A stretch of DNA of 64,000 nucleotides from Dimorphilus gyrociliatus (lineage: Eukaryota > Animalia > Annelida): positions 496,001-560,000 of the forward strand of contig CAJFCJ010000001.1 of NCBI GenBank assembly GCA_904063045.1, given 5' to 3'. The notes beneath the pieces were generated by a model that saw nothing but the letters and a program-made list of their open reading frames with translations, was not told where the DNA came from and did no database searches. The stretch's first letter is position 1; every line of letters begins with the position of its first letter. Positions 23,501 through 35,769 of this stretch are shown in pieces. A program made the position numbers and the translations under genes.

Positions 23501-25952
23501 TCAATTGTTGTTGATTCAGTTTCTTTTGTAGTAGTTTCAATTTTTGTAGTAGTCCCAACCTTTGAAGTTGTTTTTTTCGCAGTTGTTACATCGACTGTTG
23601 TACTGAAGGGTGAAAGAGAGGGTGACACAGTTGTGGTTTCTGATTGTGTTGTTGATTCCTCGGTTTTGAAAGGTAGTTCTGAAAATAATGAGTGATAAAA
23701 TTTTGTTAAGAATTTCAGTGTCGTATTTACGGTGGTAATTTGAGTTAAATAACCCATTCCTTCGACAGGTTGCACAACATTTTCCAATAACTAAGGATAC
23801 TGTAAAGCAAAAATGTGGAAAATTTTTTATCATATCTTTACAACCGAATGGTCCCAGGATGTGTCCTTTTTCAATTTCAACGGATTTTTTAAAAGTAGGA
23901 TCATCTTCACAGCCGTCAGGTAAATTAGTTGGAACCTCAACCCTAACACAATCCTTCGGTTTTGGTGTAGATACTGTCCTCTCCACGCATTTTCCTCCAG
24001 AACACCAATGATTTAATCCGCAGGTGGTGCCAGGGAAAGCACCTGGACTGTAAGGTACGCAGCTTTTGAGATTATCTTTGTAGCATCTGAGAACATGACA
24101 AATGTTTTTATCTCCTTGCCCTGACTCACAGAATCGAGAATCAACGTCAACTGTGATTCGACACTGAAGATTTAAATCATATTTTATTCCAAGAGGTGGC
24201 TTCCCGTTGATGTCTGGAATTTCTTGACCATGTTGGCAAGGTCGATTGTAAAGACAAGTGCGAGGATAGCCATCTGTTGTTCCAGTGGCTAAACGATGGA
24301 TTTCCTCTTTCGAGCAAGAACTAAGAGAGAAAGCGTTAGCAAGTTGAGAAACCTCAAGTCTTTCTCCGACAAGTGGTGTCATGAGATATTTGTCATTAGA
24401 CGAACACGAGTTATCCAATCCATCGTGAAAAGCCCCAAGACTATGTCCCATTTCATGAGCAGAGACGAACCAAGTATATACTCCTAATTCTTCAACTGCA
24501 GAATTCGAAAGGAAACTCGTACAAACTCCTCGGTTTATAGCTATTCCAATAAGACTAGGCTTAAAAGTGCCATCTTTAGCACCAACTAAATCATATCTAG
24601 TTATAAATTGTAAATGATCAGGATACGCGTGAGTTAAACCGTTATCGCGTCTATAATACTGAAGTCCCCTTAAAACTTTTTGAGCATTAACTTGTGTTTT
24701 TCTATCAATAAAGTCAAATTTAATAAAGCTGTCATCTGAGTAAACAGTATCTCTTAAATCGGTCAAGCGTCGAGCTATTCGTATTTCCGCTAACCAAACG
24801 CTTATAGCGAAAGAATCATTGTTTGGTGATATAGAGTTGTAAACAGTATCCACAGTGTTTACAATGTGGGCGTAGTCATATTTCAGATTAGCGACAGCTC
24901 TCTGTTCATCTCTATCAGCAAATTGGACGGCTCTATAAAGAATATTATATTAAATAAATACTTTTAAATAACTCTAGTATTATTAATTTATACGTGTAAC
25001 TATTTTAAATGGTATATAAAACATTAATGAGGTTACTTACGCATCCCAGACAGTATGATCGAGTAGGAGCATTAATTCTATATTGTAATCGGGATATGTA
25101 GCTGGTTTTTCTGTTCCACTAGATTTAGATCTGTAGCTAAAAGAATACTCTCCGATAATATGTCCAGTTAAATCCGAAGTACTAACACTATCCGGAACTA
25201 CAAATATTGACATTATGTGAAAATTGGAAATGCGAAACTGTGTGACTTGCTTACTAAATGGATTTGGAACACTGCTGCCAGGTGTGCGAGGAAGGTGAAT
25301 GGGCTTTGAAATGACATGCATAACAGCTAGAATTGCACTTCTTTTCCTCCGACGTCTTCGAACAATTTTACCTGAGTTTAACCTCTCAAGAAGTGACGTT
25401 AGATTTTGCGGGGGAGTATCAGAAGGTTGAATTGGTCTCATATTATAACGTTCGTTTTTATATACAAATGAACCTTTGAATTCTCGGGCAGTTAATGATC
25501 CATACTTTTTTAACTTCATGGATATACTTGAGCTTGTTGAGACATCTCGATAAAAGAAAATATCCTAAAGGAAATTAAAGAAGAAGAGAATAGGGAAAGA
25601 AAATGAAAGACCGATATAAGATTTATGTTTATTGTTAAAATCTTTAAATTAAAAATAGTTACTTTATTTTGAGGAATCTTTAATTTATAATCATCCAAAA
25701 ATGTAACAACAGGATTAGCGTGAATATTTTTAGATTTTGTAAGGTGTAACGTATTCCTTATACCTCTCATAGGAATATCTACATCAAGTTGTTCACCTTT
25801 CACAACTTCTTCAGGAATCACAAATTCCTTATAGTCTCCTGTGGATAAGGTTTAATAAAGAAACTTTTAACAAAAAAAAAACAATTAATCTAACCTTTTA
25901 CAGAGCAAATAAAAATTAATATAAAATAACGAGCAGGTATTAAAATCGCCAT
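20559..25952 (-). CDS. Large secreted M12B (reprolysin/ADAM-type) metalloprotease: prodomain, catalytic, Cys-rich, ShK-like, Thr-rich mucin, 2xShKT, 8xEGF, mucin, ShKT, 5xEGF, ShKT
   Basis: Signal exon 25952-25895 (MAILIPARYFILIFICSVK). Polybasic RRRRRKR; YNIELMLLLD; zinc motif HEMGHSLGAFHD (24457-24422) plus Met-turn KYLMTP; ADAMTS-type Cys-rich QC...C..LRC...GTTCGLNHWCSGGKCV. A 52-nt intron 23730-23679 joins the two overlapping ORFs. Short introns near 22030-21920, 21630-21560, 21420-21360 and 21180-21120 link the remaining ShKT/EGF exons to the stop at 20559. Confidence 0.88.
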
Positions 25953-26158
25953 GCTAATTTCTGGTGGGTGTATATTTTAGTTAAACTTTCATAGTGCCAA
26001 TCATGGCCTATCTGGAGATTGGCCGTTCAAGAAATTTATGAGACGGCCTCTATTCACGTTGCGTGGGTAAAGAATAATGTCAATAAAGAGAAATTTGTAC
26101 AATTTTAGGCTTCTTTGTCTATGGGTCAAAGTTAACAGCTGCAAAACAGACGATTGTT

Positions 26159-26914
26159 CTAATTTTTTAAATCTTTATTCACAGTTTCAACAAGTTCATT
26201 CGTTAAGTTATATATTTGACCATTCCATTTAAAATGTGTCGGCGGCTGTGAATCATCCTCTCCAAATGTAAAATATTTACTCCATTCTATTGCCAGCGCT
26301 GAACGAAGTAGCCCTACTCCTCCTCCATTCTTTGGGGCAGGGTGATATATTCTGCCAGTAGATGGCAACATGCATACTTTTTCTGGTTCAAAGTTAATAC
26401 TAAGTGAATCGTGAAGGGTAGAACCGTACGATAGAAGATCAGAATTTTCTCCTTTTATTACGTGAGTAAATACAATTGGACAGTCATCACACCTAATGTA
26501 ATTCCTTTCACGTCCACAAGGCGAGATAAAAGGAAATTCTTGTTCGAATCTACCGGTGTCATTCGGTTTTAGACGTTCGAAAAAAAATTTCAAAAACTTT
26601 GCATCTGTTTTAATAGTTTCGATAGATTAATAAATCCAATGCTACTCTAAATTCTAAACAACCTTTAAAGCAAGATGTAAAATTTTTCATTTTTGCATCA
26701 TCAAGGAATAGCTGCGTGAAATTTATAAATAGTATTTTAAAGAATTATTTTTCTTAGAATTTTTCGGCATATCCTAATAAATATTAACCTGGCCTTGGTG
26801 ATCAATATAATAAAAGTATTCTCGTATTCTTCCCTCAAAGTATTGACCTTGTATATAGCTAAAAGTCCTTGAAGTAACGAACCGTTTAATTATTGAAAAA
26901 TGGCACGCACGCAT
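26159..26914 (-). CDS. C8orf82: UPF0598/C8orf82 homolog (DUF4505)
   Basis: Exons 26914-26789, 26711-26663 and 26604-26159 give 206 aa: YIQGQ...REYFYYIDHQGQ|LFLDDAKMKNFTSCFK|DAKFLKFFFERL..N.TGR...FPFISPCGRERNYIRCDDCPIVFTH...GRIYHPAP..GGVGLLRSALAIEWS. Confidence 0.92.
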
Positions 26915-27026
26915 TCTGTTTGTTACGTTTTTGATATTTAGCATATTTTGTTTTCGCAATACGAACTCTCGTCCGCAACGTCGTCTGCTATTTTTTTTTC
27001 CGGAAGACATTGCTAAAACCAAGCAC

Positions 27027-27192
27027 AACCGAACTAACCTGAACACCGGTTAAATAATTACATCATACGATTGACCGGTTAGACATTGCAGAAAATTAAC
27101 TACTTAGTTAATTTATTTAACCATTGACTTTTAAAAAAATCGAGCAAATTTTAGGAGTGACGAGAAAAACAGGAACGAGATCGACTTCCGGC
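27027..27192 (+). repeat. Dispersed element, copy 2 (paralogous to 6826-6979), in the divergent C8orf82/sestrin promoter
   Basis: Same ordered blocks as copy 1, including both ACCGGT sites, ATCATACGATTGACCGGTTAG and the terminal GACTTCCGGC. Confidence 0.85.
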
Positions 27193-27610
27193 GCAGCTGA
27201 TTGAAATCATCCGCGACTAGTGCATGAAAATTCGGAATTTTATGGTGAATAAAACGCGATAATAATTTTTAATTTGTATGCTATGAATTATCTATAAGTT
27301 GATTATGATTTCTTCAAGGAAATCTATATAAATAGCTTTATAAATCGTAGTGCTAGTAGAAATTTTCCTGTAGCTCACCATTGGCCTAGATGATTCCCAC
27401 ATAATGGTAATGCAGAGCTCGTGGAAATTTCCTAAACGTTAACGCTTTCTTTAATTAATATAGAAATTAAGGTGGCGGTGGTGATAGTTTATGTGGTTTA
27501 AATGTGATGTATCTAACCGGCACGTTTCATAATTATTTCTATGAAACTTAAAGGAATTAATGATGTAATCGATTTATAGATATTTGTGCGGACAATATCG
27601 AAAAAAGTGA

Positions 27611-28252
27611 ATGGCCAATACGATCGCCAAAGCGTCGGCTCAAAAGTTCTTCGCTTCCTTATTCTCGCGTGACCCTCAAACAAGAAGACTAGTCTTTGAT
27701 GATATTGAACGAAAGTTACGTGGCTGGTGCTTTACTAATAATCACACAGAGCTTGGAACATCTCCAACAAATTCGATAAATTCTGAACAGTCAGACGGTG
27801 ATCATGAAAATCTGCTCAACGAAAGACTTCCAATCCTCTTGAGATTGTCTAAAACCTGCCCCTTTGAGGACGTAAGAAATCGATGCTGTCAATTATTAGA
27901 CGAGTTTCAGGTTGGTAATTATGTTTCAATGTTTTCTTAAGTAACACGTGTGTGTGTGTGTGTGATCTTGACTCGATTCGTATAATGAATGCAAACAGCT
28001 GGAAGAGCAAATGTAAAGATATTTTGTCGATTTACTTAGAAATCGATTGATTAATAAGCCTATACATGCGATTCACATTATGCTATGCAAATTACGTTAT
28101 GCAGCTTAAGAGGAGATCAGCAACTAATAGCTAAACAAAAACTCAGAATAAGATGGAGATGAAAGATTTAAAGGAACGTTTAACAGCAAAGGGAAAATAG
28201 AATAACCGGTAATAGATAGGTTGATAATTTAGATAGCAAAATAGATAGATTC

Positions 28253-28287
<35 letters not shown>

Positions 28288-29335
28288 AAACGAGCAATGT
28301 GAGAGAAAGAGAGATAGGTAGGTAGATAGAAAACCAACCGAGAAAAAATGAGAGGCCTGTTTGACAAATGCGAAGGCCAAAAGCAAGAGTCGAACTGTTC
28401 AGTAATCAGCTGATCGGTATGAAGCGAGCAAGATCTCCAGTTTTGACAAAAAAACGAGTCATGTGGAAAGATTTAAAAGAGAAGGAGAATTATAATCCCA
28501 GACGCCGGCCGAGCGGCAAGTGCTCGCAACTGTGTCGTCTTTTAGAGGTTTAAATTTGAATTAATATATATATTGCATGAGTTATGATGAATATTATTAT
28601 TAGCCTTTGAAAATAATTACATCTCATGAATAATTCATTTCCTTTGGACAGAAACAGGGCGTACGCGTTCCTGATGCCGTCTCTGAAGGACCTAGTTATT
28701 TTCTAGATGCGTCTGAGGTAATTATTTTCGCAATTTTTTTTCTTATCAATATTACTATTATCTGAACAAGTGCGTTCTATCAACAAAAGTGAGAGTATTT
28801 AAAAAACATAAATTCTGAATAATCCACTTTATAACTTACAAAAGTTATTGCGTAATCAATCTTATGCAACGCTATCGACTAAAAATGTTTGGTAAGCATT
28901 AGCAAGGGAATTTGTTTGCCGACAATATCAATAATCCGATTTCTTTCTTTTGGCTCTTTTTACCACTTTAATATCGGAAAAAATAAGCGAATGATTTATT
29001 GTAACAATTGCAGTTTTCAGAGGCTTACAATTGAAATTTTGTAATTAAACCCGATTTAAGTAGGTTAAAAGTGTAACTGATCCTTTCAACTGTTAGTTTA
29101 CTGAAAAACATCTGCCAGATTTTCATATTAAAAGCGTTTATTAGGATGTGAACAAATTTCATTCATTATAATTATGTAATTAATAAATTTATATACAATG
29201 TATATATATATATATATATATATATTGAGTTTAATAATATTTTCAATGAATTATAATGAATTTTTTAATTTCTAAAGTACAAGCACGCAGATACTCATAT
29301 CTATATAGACTTAATGTAAATTTAAATGTATATTA

Positions 29336-29394
<59 letters not shown>

Positions 29395-32039
29395 TTAGTA
29401 TATATATATATATTTGTATATATATACATATAATTACAAAATTCTTTTAATTTGTTTATTGTTTTTCCCTGCTTTATATGACTTTTATTCTTTATTATAG
29501 GTGGTAGGGATAGACACGGATAATGAGGAGGTAAGAACATACGTTAATGTCAAGAACGTGTATGTTTCTTTTCCGTATTATTACCCTCTACTAGATAAAG
29601 CATGATACAGTCCCATGTTATCCTTTATTTTTCTATTTTAAGCGAACTTTGATCGACCTTGTAAAACGTAGTTAAATATTTTTTTACCATCCGAAGCTGG
29701 TGAAACGCAATACATATGCTCATTATACAATACCCGCATGTAGTATTAGGACATCCTTTAAATAGAAAATGCCTATTGACAACAAATATGAAACATATAT
29801 GCTTGTATATAAATTATCTATAAATAACGTATATGCACATGTAAACTTACAAATATAGATGTTAAAGTTTATTCTATTCAGGTAGACCTGCCATATGTAG
29901 ATAATGTTTGTTAGAGATTGATACTTTCACCAGATGTTCAGTTAACTTTAATGGCAATAGTTTTTAAATATGTAAACATTTCTTAGAAAGTGGCTTTATG
30001 GTATTTAATTTGTTTACCGTTCACAACATGAGATAACTTTTAATTAGAATTAAGATAAGGATTTTAGTATGGTTAGAATTTCAAATTTTTTTTCACTAAA
30101 CATTTCAAAGCCTAAATCCTGCTGATGGTGTAAATTGTTTTTCATAAATAATAAAGACGTTTTATTATTTTTAAAACGTCAATTTATTATTTGACATTTT
30201 TATTATCTTATAAAAATTAAGCTTCTTTATACGCTCTATTAAGTTTTGTCGTTTTTTTTGTATTTATAAAAGTATAAAAACCATTTAAATACTATTTTTG
30301 GTTGTCTCTTTTATTTTTAAGCAGACACTTTTTTTATTATGCATTTTCTATCTTCCTCTTTCTTCCTCCTTTTTTTTTGATTAGCATATTTTAAGCGTGC
30401 GTGGATGTACATCTATAAATGTCTTTTAATACAATATGTTGCTTACATTGTCTATTGTCTTAGCATAAATCATAGTTTCATGCATGGACAGTATAATTTT
30501 GTTAAAAATAGAATGTTTAAACAAGATCTATTTATTAGTTAAAATATCCGCAAAAGGGTATAAAATTTAGTAAAACTATTGAATTCCTCTAGACTGCAAG
30601 ACAATTTGTCGAAGCCTTTCTGCACAATAATCGTTTGGAGAATGTGGTTCAAGTGATGGGCTATCATCCCCAGTATTTAGATGCTTTTCAGAAAACTCAA
30701 CAATTCCTGCTTAGGGGAGATGGTCCCTTGCCACACGAATATAGACACTATATAGCTATTATGGTGAGTGGAAACTTTGATTTAAAGTTTACGCCGATCG
30801 TTTAAAAAGATTTATTCTATACGCATCGGCTGACGAACCTTGGCACCTACATTGTTTTCTAACTGATAATAATAACACATCGTATTTGTTTGCTCGAAAA
30901 AAATTACAATCTTTAATTTTGTTTTATAGGCAAGCGCGCGGCACTACTGTAATTATATCGTAAAGTTGCATACCTGCGAATTTATCATGCAAGGAGGAGA
31001 TCCAGAATGGCTCGAGGGTATAGATAAATGTCCAAAGAAGCTACAAGACTTGAACGAATTAAATATGTTAATGGCTCACCAACCTTGGAAGATTAAAGAT
31101 TCCCATATTAAGGATCTAACTAGTGGTCAGCGAAAGTGGACGCTTTCTGAAGTAATGCATGCTGTTGTGCTTCTTGCCCACTTCCATTCGTTGTCGTCAT
31201 TTGTATATGGGTGCGGCGTTTCTCCTGAGCTCGATGATTCGGATGGTGGCTATACTTTTTACCGTTCCAAGGAGGATGGTTCAACATTGTTCGATCCTAG
31301 CTCTTCGTCAGATCCGGAAGTTAATGGCGTTGAGAATAGTAATGAAGAAAAGCCGATAAAAGTCTTAATGGAGAGTATGCGACAGCTGCACGATAATCCG
31401 GAAGCGTCCGTAGAAGAAAAAGTCAAAGCATTTGAATCAATTGATCCGGCATTCGACAAGTCGCCATCCCCACCTCAGTCTGGAGCTCACGAGGAGAGGC
31501 AGCGTAAAGAGCAGAATGCTGAATTTATGAAAAAGTTTATAGACAATCCAGGTTTTGCTTACGAAGATTTCTCACAGAGAGACAGATCAAATAATCCCAC
31601 AACCTTCCGAGCCCAGGATTTTTCTTGGGATGAACAAGGCTTTAGTTTAACCAATCGTTTATATCCTGATCTTGGACAATACTTGGACGAAAAATTTAAA
31701 ATAGCCACAACCTTAACGTATTATACAATGGGCAATAATTTGGATGTAGACACAACTGCATTTCGCCGAGCGATCTGGAATTATATACACTGCATGTTCG
31801 GTATTAGGCACGATGATTACGATTATAGGGAGGTTAATGTTCTTTTAGAAAGATCATTGAAGCAGTATATTAAAACGATAACGTGCTATCCCGAAAAAGT
31901 AACTAGAAATGATTTTAAAGTATTCATGAAAGATTTTAAGCAAAGTGAAAAAGTTCATGTTAATCTCATGTTACTAGAAGCACGTTTGCAAGGTGAATTG
32001 TTGTATGCTCTTAATGCTATTACGAGATTCATGACTTAG
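27611..32039 (+). CDS. SESN: Sestrin
   Basis: Exons 27611-27910, 28658-28717, 30593-30763 and 30930-32039 give 546 aa. Motifs: LLRLSKTCPFEDVR; GVRVP...GPSYF; QVMGYHPQYL; LRGDGPLP..YRHYIAIMASARHYC; ELNMLMAHQPW; WTLSEVMHAVVLLAHFHSLSSFVYGCG; FRRAIWNYIHCMFGIRHDDYDY; SEKVHVNLMLLEARLQGELLYALNAITRFM. Confidence 0.97.
28368..28547 (+). CDS. Putative alternative first coding exon of sestrin
   Basis: ATG-initiated 60-codon frame ending CSQLCRLLE|GTTTAA in phase 0, compatible with the acceptor at 28657 (GVRVP...). It lies in a locally GC-richer part of intron 1. Confidence 0.5.
29340..29420. repeat. (AT)n microsatellite in sestrin intron 2
   Basis: Long TA run with a few interruptions. Confidence 0.95.
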
Positions 32040-34366
32040 TCTCTTTAGCTCCTCTAGTCGTCCATAGAGTGCATGCTTAATATTTTTGTGATTTGGAGGC
32101 CTAATCGTTTTCTTTCTCACTCCTAAGCTCTTCTTATTTCGTATCTCGACCACTTTTTGGAGAGACGAAAGTATTTTACTCGTGGCACAAGTGCTGTTTT
32201 TATCTGATTTGTGAGAAAACGAGAGAACATATTCTTTTATATACCCGTCAAAATAATAAGACAAGAGACAATAAGCAACTTTAAAATAAAAAAAAATTGT
32301 ACCGAAGGTGACGAAACAAATTTTTTGTTCTACTTGGTTTTTTTTTTGAACAATGTCAAAAGTATTGAGTATTAAACGTCAAAATCTAGGGTACTACCAC
32401 TTCAAGTATCGGTACATTGTACACTGTATTTGCCGTATTGATTATTTTATGAGAAATTTTTGTCTTTAACATGTACATTTTTGTATCAATTGTATGGCTT
32501 ACTGCTTTTTATTGGTCGTATCATATCTCAACATGAATATAAAAACAATTAAATATGAAACAAGCAAAACTCTAGTCAAATGATATATTTTGGTAACATA
32601 GAATACAGCATGCCTAGGCTTGGAGCTTTTTCTAGGAAATTCTTGGTTTTTCTAGGTCAATGGAAACTTACTGCGATGCTGCCATCTGTTGACTTTAATA
32701 AACAATATTGATAAAACGTGAAGTAAAAAAACAAAGGAACAAAGCGATATAGCGAGAAGTATTTGCGAAGGGGTATCAAATAGAATTCTTCCGGAGTGCT
32801 CTAGATAGCAGGATATCCTGGATTTATTATAATCTTAATAGTAATAAAACTATGGAATAAAATTAATGACCATAGAGAAGGTCTACTTCCTCTATGACAA
32901 GGAAAAACACTTTATTATATAAAGGGAACTATTATGTATTGGGAAAAATAACAAGACCAAAAAAATAATGACAACAATAGAACAGAATTATAATTAAAAT
33001 TCTTTGCTGAAAACTGTAAATTTCATATCTATAATAAATCTGTCCTAAATCTAGTCTAGCTATCAGATAAAACATATATATTTATACTAATTAAATTGCA
33101 AAACAGAAAGAAACGTTGGACATCTGAGAAACTAACAGCATATAGCAAATAGAAAATAGACGTTAAATAATATGTTAAACGTGACGTAATAGTTATATAA
33201 TATACATATATATTAATGCATGCAATATATATAATATTTTAATAGCGTTTATTGCCATTCTGTTACTTTCATGTCATCTTTTCTTTCAACTTTTTTCTAT
33301 TTTTAGAGTTCAATTATTTTTATTTGTGTTGTCTATTATTTTTCTTTTTTTTGCCGTCTTTCCAATTTGCTATTAAGATATTTGATTTCAAGGTCAGAAA
33401 AGTCATTTTTCAATTTGAATCTTTCGCGTAGGAAGACGTTGAAACATTTACAAAAGAGAAATATACTTATATACATATATATTGAAAGTATAAGTATAAG
33501 AATAAGAAGAAACGAATTGATGATGATGAAAATAGCATAAATGAGAGTGGGAGGGAGAATGGAAGAGTTTAAAATTACGCTAACTTTCGCGCCACATTAG
33601 TAAAATTTAATTTTGATTTCGAAGTGTAGAGATTTAATTTTTTATAAAAAGTATAAGATCTATAGTTCTACCGCATAAAGCTTTATCAGAAGTATGTATA
33701 TGTATACATATGAGCCATTTGCCTACTAGATGAATAGTTACTTCTCTCTCTCTCTCTCTCTCTTCTATAAACTGTTGTATAAATCAAGAAGAGTTCATGT
33801 TTAGCATTTCAATTAGTTTTTTCTTAATAGAAATCTAAATATAGTATGGAAAATACTTGCACTTCAGTAAGATAAGATTTTTTTTTTAATAACCAATAAC
33901 TTGTCTTATGATTAAATCTTATTTTAACTCTTACTTTCATTCTAGAGATTACTTGTAAAGTAAGAAAAAAAAGTTCGTTATTAACCCTTTTATTCCATAA
34001 AAAATCCCTTCTCCTTAACTAAAGGATTTAATCGTTTAGCTAGAAAAGAGAAAGCTCTATATATTTATACATTTATCCTATAAAATACTGTATACATTGC
34101 CCTACTTACTTTTTCTTTATTATCCCTAAATGGATTATTCCATTAAAGTTTAATATAAAACACTTAGGCTCTCACGTTCTTTTAATAAAAGTGCTGACCA
34201 ATGTACATTTTTCTCTTCCACTGTAAGATTTATTATCCCTTTGAGCGAAGAAAACACCTTTAGAAAGCATCTTAAAAGAAAAAACCGGAACAGTCCTCTC
34301 TATATTATTTTTAAATTTCAAATATAGTAATAACATTTAGTTTTTAATAAAAAGAAAACAAAAGAA

Positions 34367-34407
34367 GAAAGAAAGAAAGAAAGAAAGAAAAAGAAAGAAA
34401 GAAAGAA
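34367..34407. repeat. (GAAA)n tetranucleotide microsatellite
   Basis: Tandem GAAA units immediately upstream of the Na/K beta-like gene. Confidence 0.9.
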
Positions 34408-34435
34408 GATAATCTTTTTTTCTTGTTTTTTAAAT

Positions 34436-35769
34436 ATGGAAAATAAAGTTATTTATAGAATTTTCAATAATTAACTTAAATATACTACTTTTTTATAATA
34501 TAAAGAAAATTTTTACTATGTTTAGACAAGAATAAGTCAAGTTGATGATCTTATCGAATCTACTGAAAATGAGACAATCGGCTTAAATACAAAAGAATCA
34601 TCTGCCGATGTTCAAACAGAAAGTTGTACTACGGTTGATAATACCACTTATACTTGTTCATTATCTAAAGATAATAGAAAGATTAACGATGACTTAAAAG
34701 TATTAAATCCACTACCAAACGCTTATCAAAGTTTTGAATTTCAATTTTCGAATGTAATATCTCGAAATAAAAAAAATTGGAAGCAATTCTTTTACGATAA
34801 AGATGATGGTACTTTCCTAAAGAGAACCCCTTTTAGTTGGTTACAAATTATCCTATTCTACGCAATATTTTGGTCTTGTTTAGCCGGTTTTTTCATAGGT
34901 GGTATGAATGTAATCGACAAGTTTTTTGCTAAAGAGCAGCCTAACCTAAATGCCATTAATGGTAATAATAATATGTTAACTACCCCTGGATTAATGATTT
35001 TACCAGAAATGGATATAATAGGTTCATCAGAAACCGCATTTATACGTCTCTTATCAAGAAACTTTTATAGTATGTTTATCTATAATTAGCAAATATTATT
35101 AATAATTTTACTTAACAATAACTTATTAAAGACAAATCAAAGCAAGCGGCAGATAAAATGATAAAGAGATTAAGATCATTGAATAAGACTCTTCGAGTTC
35201 GTAAGAAATGTTCCGATGAAATAATTACGGAATGTAGAGTTTTAAATAGCAATTTTATCCCTTCTGAAGAAGAATTAAGAAATTCTTGGCAATGGACAAG
35301 TGGATTATCATATAAGCCTTACTTTATGTTTCGGTTAAATAGAGTATACTATCTTCTCTCTTCTCAGTCTATTTAATCAATAAATAAGTTAATTTATTTG
35401 GTTAAACTAACTTGAAATTTTCAGGTCCATGGTTGGGAGCCAGAAGAAAATCCGATACTGAATTGTCAGTCAGTAAACGCTAAATCTGGAGAAGAAACTA
35501 ATGAATTAATAGGCCTCGATCGTAAAATATCTATAAACGAAATCTCCAAGGATTGCTATCCTTACTGTTCCAATAATAAAGTTGAAAATCAAAGATATAA
35601 CGATCCATACTTCTTTGTTAGATTAAACTTTAACGAAAGTAAACTCATTCATAAAGATTTCGTTGTAGTCCAATGCAAATTTACAGCGATAAATAGATCT
35701 AGAACTGACAAAGACTTTTTATTTCGCGACGGAGTAAGAGGGATAAGATTTGGAATTCAGTTAACTTAA
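34436..35769 (+). CDS. Divergent Na+/K+-ATPase beta-subunit-like protein
   Basis: Probable exons: MENK / TRISQ...NWKQFFYDKDDGTFLKRTPFSWLQIILFYAIFWSCLAGFFIGG...TPGLMILP / ...YKPYFMFRLNR / VHGWEPE...CYPY...VVVQCKF...GIRFGIQLT*. These correspond to the beta-subunit motifs FLGRTxxSW-TM, PGL, KPCxxxKLNK-IYGWxP and YYPY. The first exon is tentative. Confidence 0.82.

Noticed and set aside
23537-23787. Overlap of two long minus-strand ORFs (protease and mucin/EGF), suggesting a programmed frameshift or two genes
   Set aside because: A 52-nt GT-AG intron (23730-23679) with a CTTAAC branch-like site joins them in frame. Ordinary splicing explains it.
1-26000. A functional mucus/digestion cluster (trefoil depolymerase, fucosyltransferase, mucin-like protease)
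   Set aside because: These genes are interspersed with unrelated housekeeping genes (MRPS12, SPT16, TRAPPC2L) in mixed orientation, so there is no evidence of co-regulation.
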